This document shows positions 62,617-64,000 of a DNA stretch of 64,000 nt, piece after piece; the stretch's first letter is position 1, and every line of letters begins with the position of its first letter. The DNA is from Tubiluchus corallicola. Its lineage: Eukaryota; Animalia; Priapulida. The stretch lies in assembly GCA_030141605.1 (NCBI GenBank), contig JAQGDQ010000573.1, positions 1-64,000 of the forward strand, read 5' to 3'. The notes under the pieces were generated by a model that was not told where the DNA came from, did no database searches, and was given only the letters and a program-made list of their open reading frames with translations. A program made the translations under genes and the position numbers.

Positions 62617-62980
62617 CAGCAACAATTCATTGTACTTTACCTTGACTGGTGTTATGACATTGTAAATTTATTATGTAAAATAGGCTTTTGGTACAGCAGA
62701 TAAGTTGGCGGATGGTGGTAGGCGAGGTTGGCGATATTCCCTATATTTAATATATTATGGGAATGGGGACAGGATAAAAGTTGGCGTTATGGCGAGGCTG
62801 GCGTTATAACAGGAGGCGATGTAACGAGGTTCGACTGTATTAAACTTGTAAAATTATCAGCTTTCTATCCGAAGTGGTAAAGAAAATACACTTCTCTGCC
62901 ATGTTTCCTCAATTCTGTACTTAAGCAATTAAACCTTCAATTACATTAGTGCTATTTGGCACATTTTATTCTCTTTCTAG

Positions 62981-63192
62981 GAAAATATACCAGCTTTGTG
63001 CTTTTTTAATGTGTCTACTGGCGTTGAGCAAGTTAACAGTGGTGGCAGTTTCTTCAATGTGTCAGAATCATCATTCATCTGTAGTCTTGTGGCTCATATG
63101 CTCAACTCTGGAATACAAGCTGCTTCTATTGGTATCATAACTCTTTACAGAGCACAAGTACAGAGGATACGGTTAATGCTGCAACAGTCAAA
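62981..63192 (+). CDS. ZGRF1: ZGRF1 exon, helicase second RecA domain
   Basis: ENIPALCFFNVSTGVEQ...SFFNVSE...IGIITLYRAQVQRIR. Confidence 0.95.
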
Positions 63193-63500
63193 GTAAATAT
63201 TACAAAGAAATATATTAGAATGTGAAAAACAGATTACTGAGTGTATTCTTTGTATGCAAAACATAACTGCTTTATTTTCTGGAAAATAGAAAGTAACATC
63301 ATAGATATTTGATATGGAGCTCTTACTACATAGTTCATTAAGATTAATGATGCATAAAATTAGAGAATGTAGTATGACTAGAAAATTATCACTTTTTAGT
63401 CAAAAGCTTTGAAAACTACTTTTAAAATACATTACATTTGCCAAGCATACTGTGTCATGCAAGTTTTGCGTTGCATAATCATTTATCATAGAGCAGCATT

Positions 63501-63703
63501 AGTCATGGGTTGGTTACATAGTCACAGGTTGATTACATTGTCATAGGTTCGGTTGCATAGTCACAGGTTGATTACATTGTCATAGGTTCGGTTGCATAGT
63601 CACAGGTTGATTACATTGTCATAGGTTCGGTTGCATAGTCACAGGTTGATTACATTGTCATAGGTTCGGTTGCATAAGCACAGATTGATTACATTGTCAT
63701 AGG
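63501..63703. repeat. 39-bp tandem repeat, about 5 copies, made of two ~20-bp subunits
   Basis: GTCATAGGTTCGGTTGCATA-GTCACAGGTTGATTACATT. Confidence 0.9.
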
Positions 63704-63780
63704 TAAATTCTGTAAGTTGATAATCTTTTTTTCTTTTCGCAAGTTTACTAATAATTGAGTATACATGTCATATATTTCAG

Positions 63781-63909
63781 TGATGTAGACAGCACAATAT
63801 GGAAAGCCATACAAATATCAACAGTTGATGCTTTTCAAGGTGGAGAAAAAGATGTCATCATTCTATCATGCGTGAGAACCAAAAATATGGGATTCATTGA
63901 TTCAGAAAA
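63781..63909 (+). CDS. ZGRF1: ZGRF1 exon, helicase motif V (gene continues beyond the right edge)
   Basis: (N)DVDSTIWKAIQISTVDAFQGGEKDVIILSCVRTKNMGFIDSE; motif VI (RR.NVALTR) is expected outside the window. Confidence 0.96.
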
Positions 63910-64000
63910 GTAAGCGTTTGCACATAATTTCACTGTATTGGCATGTTTTGTTCCTTTGCCACTGTCAGACTTGGATTTATTTCTTATCAGTAGCCATAGT

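Larger units (their letters stand above)
60724..62837. mobile_element. pogo/Tigger-like non-autonomous element hosting a MITE and a minisatellite
   Basis: TA|CAGTCAAAACTCGTTATAACG ... CGATGTAACGAGGTTCGACTG|TA with subterminal GGCGAGG/GGCGTTAT repeats. Confidence 0.75.

Overview
AT-rich, intron-rich animal (invertebrate-like) genomic DNA, not prokaryotic. It holds two divergently oriented multi-exon genes. (1) A family I soluble inorganic pyrophosphatase (PPA1/PPA2 co-ortholog) on the minus strand: 6 coding exons from 17871 down to 552, with the C-terminus beyond the left edge. It has an N-terminal mitochondrial-type presequence and an internal Met that could start a cytosolic form. (2) ZGRF1 (N-terminal DUF2439, long disordered region, GRF zinc finger, Upf1/DNA2-like SF1 helicase) on the plus strand: 22 coding exons from about 20305 to 63909, running off the right edge. 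It has one GC-AG intron and one unresolved splice-phase junction. Introns are packed with non-autonomous mobile elements: two 5S-rRNA-headed SINEs, two headless bipartite RTE-derived retroelements, several MITE families (hAT-like with 8-bp TSD, a family with 6-bp TSD, pogo/Tigger-like, piggyBac-like, Kolobok-like), Helitron remnants and LINE 3' tails sharing a conserved stem-loop. There are also seven minisatellite arrays. I found no CRISPR array, no intact transposase or reverse transcriptase, and no evidence for a new protein-coding system. The most novel-looking signals are the 5S-SINE, the 6-bp-TSD MITE, the bipartite RTE element and the structurally conserved LINE-tail hairpin. Exon boundaries were derived by hand from splice signals, frame continuity and recalled homology; no database searches were run.
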